Below, one piece after another: positions 59,010 through 61,722 of a stretch of 61,722 bases of DNA. Under the pieces are notes generated by a model that worked only from the letters and a program-made list of their open reading frames with translations, was not told the DNA's origin and did no database searches. Each line of letters starts with the position of its first letter. Position 1 is the first letter of the stretch. Source of the stretch: a bacterium (GTDB taxonomy: Bacteria; Cyanobacteriota; Vampirovibrionia; Gastranaerophilales; JBAXKC01); assembly GCA_037137535.1 (NCBI GenBank), contig JBAXKC010000014.1:1-61722 (forward strand), in the 5' to 3' direction. A program made the translations under genes and the position numbers.

Positions 59010-60119
59010 TTAAATCGGTTGAACTGTAACGCTTCCAAGTCTTTTTCTTCTTCTCATAAGATCTACAAAAGCCTCAAGTCTTGTTACATATCCAGCTTTT
59101 CCTGTTTGTTCATCTAAAACAAGTGAAAGAATCGGGATAGTTCCATCCTGTCTCATTGTAGGGAAGATGTTTTGTGACATTATTTCAGGCATGCAGGTAA
59201 ACGGGCTTATGTGTATAATACCGTCAGCACCTGATTCTGTGGCATGAATAACATCACCTACTGATTCAAGAGCGTCTCCTCCGATATCTCTTGATAAATA
59301 AGGCTTAGCATATTTATAAGATCTTTCGAGGTGTGTTGGTTCTTTACGGAATATTTTAGGAACAAGAGCTGTTTTTATCCATCCACTCATATTTAAAGCT
59401 CTTCTTGTTTCAACGCCTAATTTACCTAGTTCTCTTTCAAGATTTTGATTAGAAAAGGCATCAAGTACCATGAAAATTTCACCCGTAAGGTCAACATGTA
59501 AAATTTCTCTTTCGGTATCTATGTCAGTTTTTTTAATTTCTTTTACGGCATCTTTTTTTGCTTTTTTAAGCTGCTTTGAGGTTAATGCTTCATCAACCCA
59601 TTTTAAGCCTCTCATATAGGCTCTTTCCGCTTGTCCGACATTTATTTCTCTTGCTCTGTAATATGAAAGAATTGAATCAAGTTCATCTATTACAAAGACT
59701 TTATTTACACATAAGTTTATGGATCTTGCTATGTCTATTATATTGTGATTACCTGTTATGCTTTTTATACATCTGTACATTTCGGCAAATTTGCCTTTGT
59801 ATAGATCAAGGTCAAAACATTTTACATTATAGCCAAGGTCATCAAGAGATTGTTTAATACTTTTGCTGTACTCTCCCAATCTGCAAATGCCCGGGCTGCT
59901 TATCATTACTATTGCTTCAGCTCCGGATTCTATTGCTTCTATATAATTACCCAGCACCAGTTTATAAGGAAGGCATATAGCTTCAGGGCTGTGTTTAGTT
60001 CCTAATGAAAGAGTTTTTTTGCTTGTATATGGTGGAACAATAACTTCTGCGCCTAGCTTTCTAAAAATAGAAGCTGCGGCAATATAGATTGTCCCCATAT
60101 GTGGGAATGAAACTTTAAT
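59010..60119 (-). CDS. 2-hydroxyacyl-CoA dehydratase / CoA-enzyme activase-associated protein
   Basis: SPEAICLPYK, GICRLG, PFTCMPE, DEQTG.AG..TRLEAF; frame extends to an ATT at 60119 giving (M)KVSFPHMG. Confidence 0.8.
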   Translation of the reverse strand: MKVSFPHMGTIYIAAASIFRKLGAEVIVPPYTSKKTLSLGTKHSPEAICLPYKLVLGNYIEAIESGAEAIVMISSPGICRLGEYSKSIKQSLDDLGYNVKCFDLDLYKGKFAEMYRCIKSITGNHNIIDIARSINLCVNKVFVIDELDSILSYYRAREINVGQAERAYMRGLKWVDEALTSKQLKKAKKDAVKEIKKTDIDTEREILHVDLTGEIFMVLDAFSNQNLERELGKLGVETRRALNMSGWIKTALVPKIFRKEPTHLERSYKYAKPYLSRDIGGDALESVGDVIHATESGADGIIHISPFTCMPEIMSQNIFPTMRQDGTIPILSLVLDEQTGKAGYVTRLEAFVDLMRRRKRLGSVTVQPI

Positions 60120-60293
60120 TGTCCTGATCTCCTAAGTTATAAAAATATCCGCACATATTAAATATATGTTAATAGATTAATTAGACACCGATAATATTGA
60201 TTTGTCCATAGCTTAGGAGTTCAAAAAATTAAATATTTACTAAATTTATAATAGTATTAAGGGATGGATTTCTTTATTTAGAATGGTTTTAAT

Positions 60294-61118
60294 TTATGCA
60301 GGCAGTGTTAAATTTCCTGCTAAAAATTGTAACAATCTGTAAATATTCTCAAACTCATTGTCTTTGTAGACTATTTCAAATGGAGAAATTCTTTTTATAA
60401 AAGGTAAAAGCGATGCTAAATCTGCAAATTCTTTGTTTGAAAAGCTTATTTTTAATTCATAAGGTGCTTCAGTTTTTTTGATTTTCCAGTTTTTTTGATT
60501 TTTCAAAGCATTTTGTATTGTTATTTTTAATTCTTCAATTAATTTTGCGTTTGGTTTACAAATTGCGCTTGTTGTTGAAGAGGCTTGTTTAGTCCATACG
60601 GTTGAAATATCCCCAAGAAAGTCTTTTACTTCTTCACAAGCTGCAATGTCACCATATAAAAAACTGACAGGGACGTTTTTTATGCCTGCAAAAATTGAAT
60701 TTAATCCTATTTCGCCTATTTCTTCATTATTTAAATAAATATTTCTGAAAATTGTTGAAAATGTATGAGAAAGCACACCTTTGTCATTTCCTGCCATTGC
60801 ATGATAGCCTGCAAAAATAACGCAAGAGTAAGTTTCGTCAAGTCCATGCATCATTGAGATTAGTTTAGGTTTCCCCGTTATAAGTTCGGCATGTGGGTGT
60901 AATTCAAGTATATCAATATTATCCATAGAGGAATGAGCATCATTAACCGTAACATGAGTTGCTCCTGCATCAAAAGTAGCTTGTATAAGATAATTTAATT
61001 CAAGTATTTGCTGTTTTCTGGCTTTGAAATAATCATCTCCACCCATTTTTGATATTTGACTAGGGTATACAATTCCGTTTACGCCTTCAATATCAGCGGA
61101 GATATAGACTTTAAGCAA
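60294..61118 (-). CDS. dppA: D-aminopeptidase, peptidase M55 family
   Basis: YISADIEG, VNDAH, GYHA, LSHT, GEI. Confidence 0.9.
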   Translation of the reverse strand: MLKVYISADIEGVNGIVYPSQISKMGGDDYFKARKQQILELNYLIQATFDAGATHVTVNDAHSSMDNIDILELHPHAELITGKPKLISMMHGLDETYSCVIFAGYHAMAGNDKGVLSHTFSTIFRNIYLNNEEIGEIGLNSIFAGIKNVPVSFLYGDIAACEEVKDFLGDISTVWTKQASSTTSAICKPNAKLIEELKITIQNALKNQKNWKIKKTEAPYELKISFSNKEFADLASLLPFIKRISPFEIVYKDNEFENIYRLLQFLAGNLTLPA

Positions 61119-61123
61119 TTTAT

Positions 61124-61372
61124 TTAAACCTCAATGAAAAGTCTTGATCCTACTATATTTGGCTTTCCGTTATAATCACCTGCATAGAATCCGCCTAAGA
61201 ATGGCATATTCTTTCCATAAGCGTTATCTCTTGCGGGCGTATTATTTAAAAATGGGCTTGCAAAAGGATTGTTGCTTGAACTTGTTGTTATTGGAGCACT
61301 AATATTAACGGCAGGCTTTATTTGCGGCTGCTGGAAAACTGAATTTACTAAACTTGCAAGATTTCCTATCAT
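61124..61372 (-). CDS. Small hypothetical protein
   Basis: 82-aa ORF ending 5 nt before dppA. Confidence 0.55.
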   Translation of the reverse strand: MIGNLASLVNSVFQQPQIKPAVNISAPITTSSSNNPFASPFLNNTPARDNAYGKNMPFLGGFYAGDYNGKPNIVGSRLFIEV

Positions 61373-61722
61373 TTATCTTTCCCAATTCATTAATATTCTC
61401 AGCTATATTATATTTTAATAATAATTATTTTGAAATCATCTTTTATGCGGATATGTAATGTTAAGTTTTGTAAACATTATTAATTGCATTTTCATGACGA
61501 AAACAGACGTTTCTTTATAAAAATAATTGACAGGGTGTATGGCAATTAAATTGATGTGTTTACTTTAAGCTCTCGTCAAGGAAATCGATTCTTTTAGTGA
61601 GTTTTTGAGTTTTGTAGTGAATTGCGCAAGCAGTTCATTTTTTTTTTGCTTATTTAAGATGAAATAGTATAAGAAGCTGTTTGGTTAAAAATGAAACAAA
61701 ATCAGTAAAATAGAGTCTATAA

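Noticed and set aside
1-61722. CRISPR array, tRNA/rRNA genes, prophage or IS elements
   Set aside because: No regularly spaced short repeats, RNA gene signatures, integrase, transposase or phage structural genes seen by eye

Overview
AT-rich bacterial chromosomal segment, most consistent with a non-photosynthetic cyanobacterial relative (Melainabacteria/Vampirovibrionia, Gastranaerophilales-like). This is inferred from cyanobacteria-like MnmG/FtsZ/GyrA, a stand-alone gyrA and an expanded prepilin-like family. Most of the window is housekeeping or metabolic: mnmG, miaA, pit, hppA, argS, gyrA, msrB, larBE, queA, dcd, otsAB, ftsZ, crcB, corA, rplU-rpmA and dppA. I found no tRNA, rRNA, CRISPR array, integrase or transposase by eye. 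The most notable items are: (1) a divergent cluster of seven type IV pilin-like genes, including a tandem triplet joined by a perfect 238-bp repeat while its Cys-rich cores diverge; (2) a dCTP deaminase paired with an apparently inactivated zincin-like protein; (3) a PEPCK-like DUF4914 gene downstream of a K+-independent H+-PPase; (4) orphan proteins carrying nucleotidyltransferase or PD-(D/E)XK motifs behind a loosely shared N-terminal leader; (5) a decayed duplicate of the SIMPL 3' end flanking an orphan gene; (6) an unannotated Cys4 small protein, a candidate anti-SD sRNA and a probable ATT start codon. Family calls come from recognising motifs, not from database searches.
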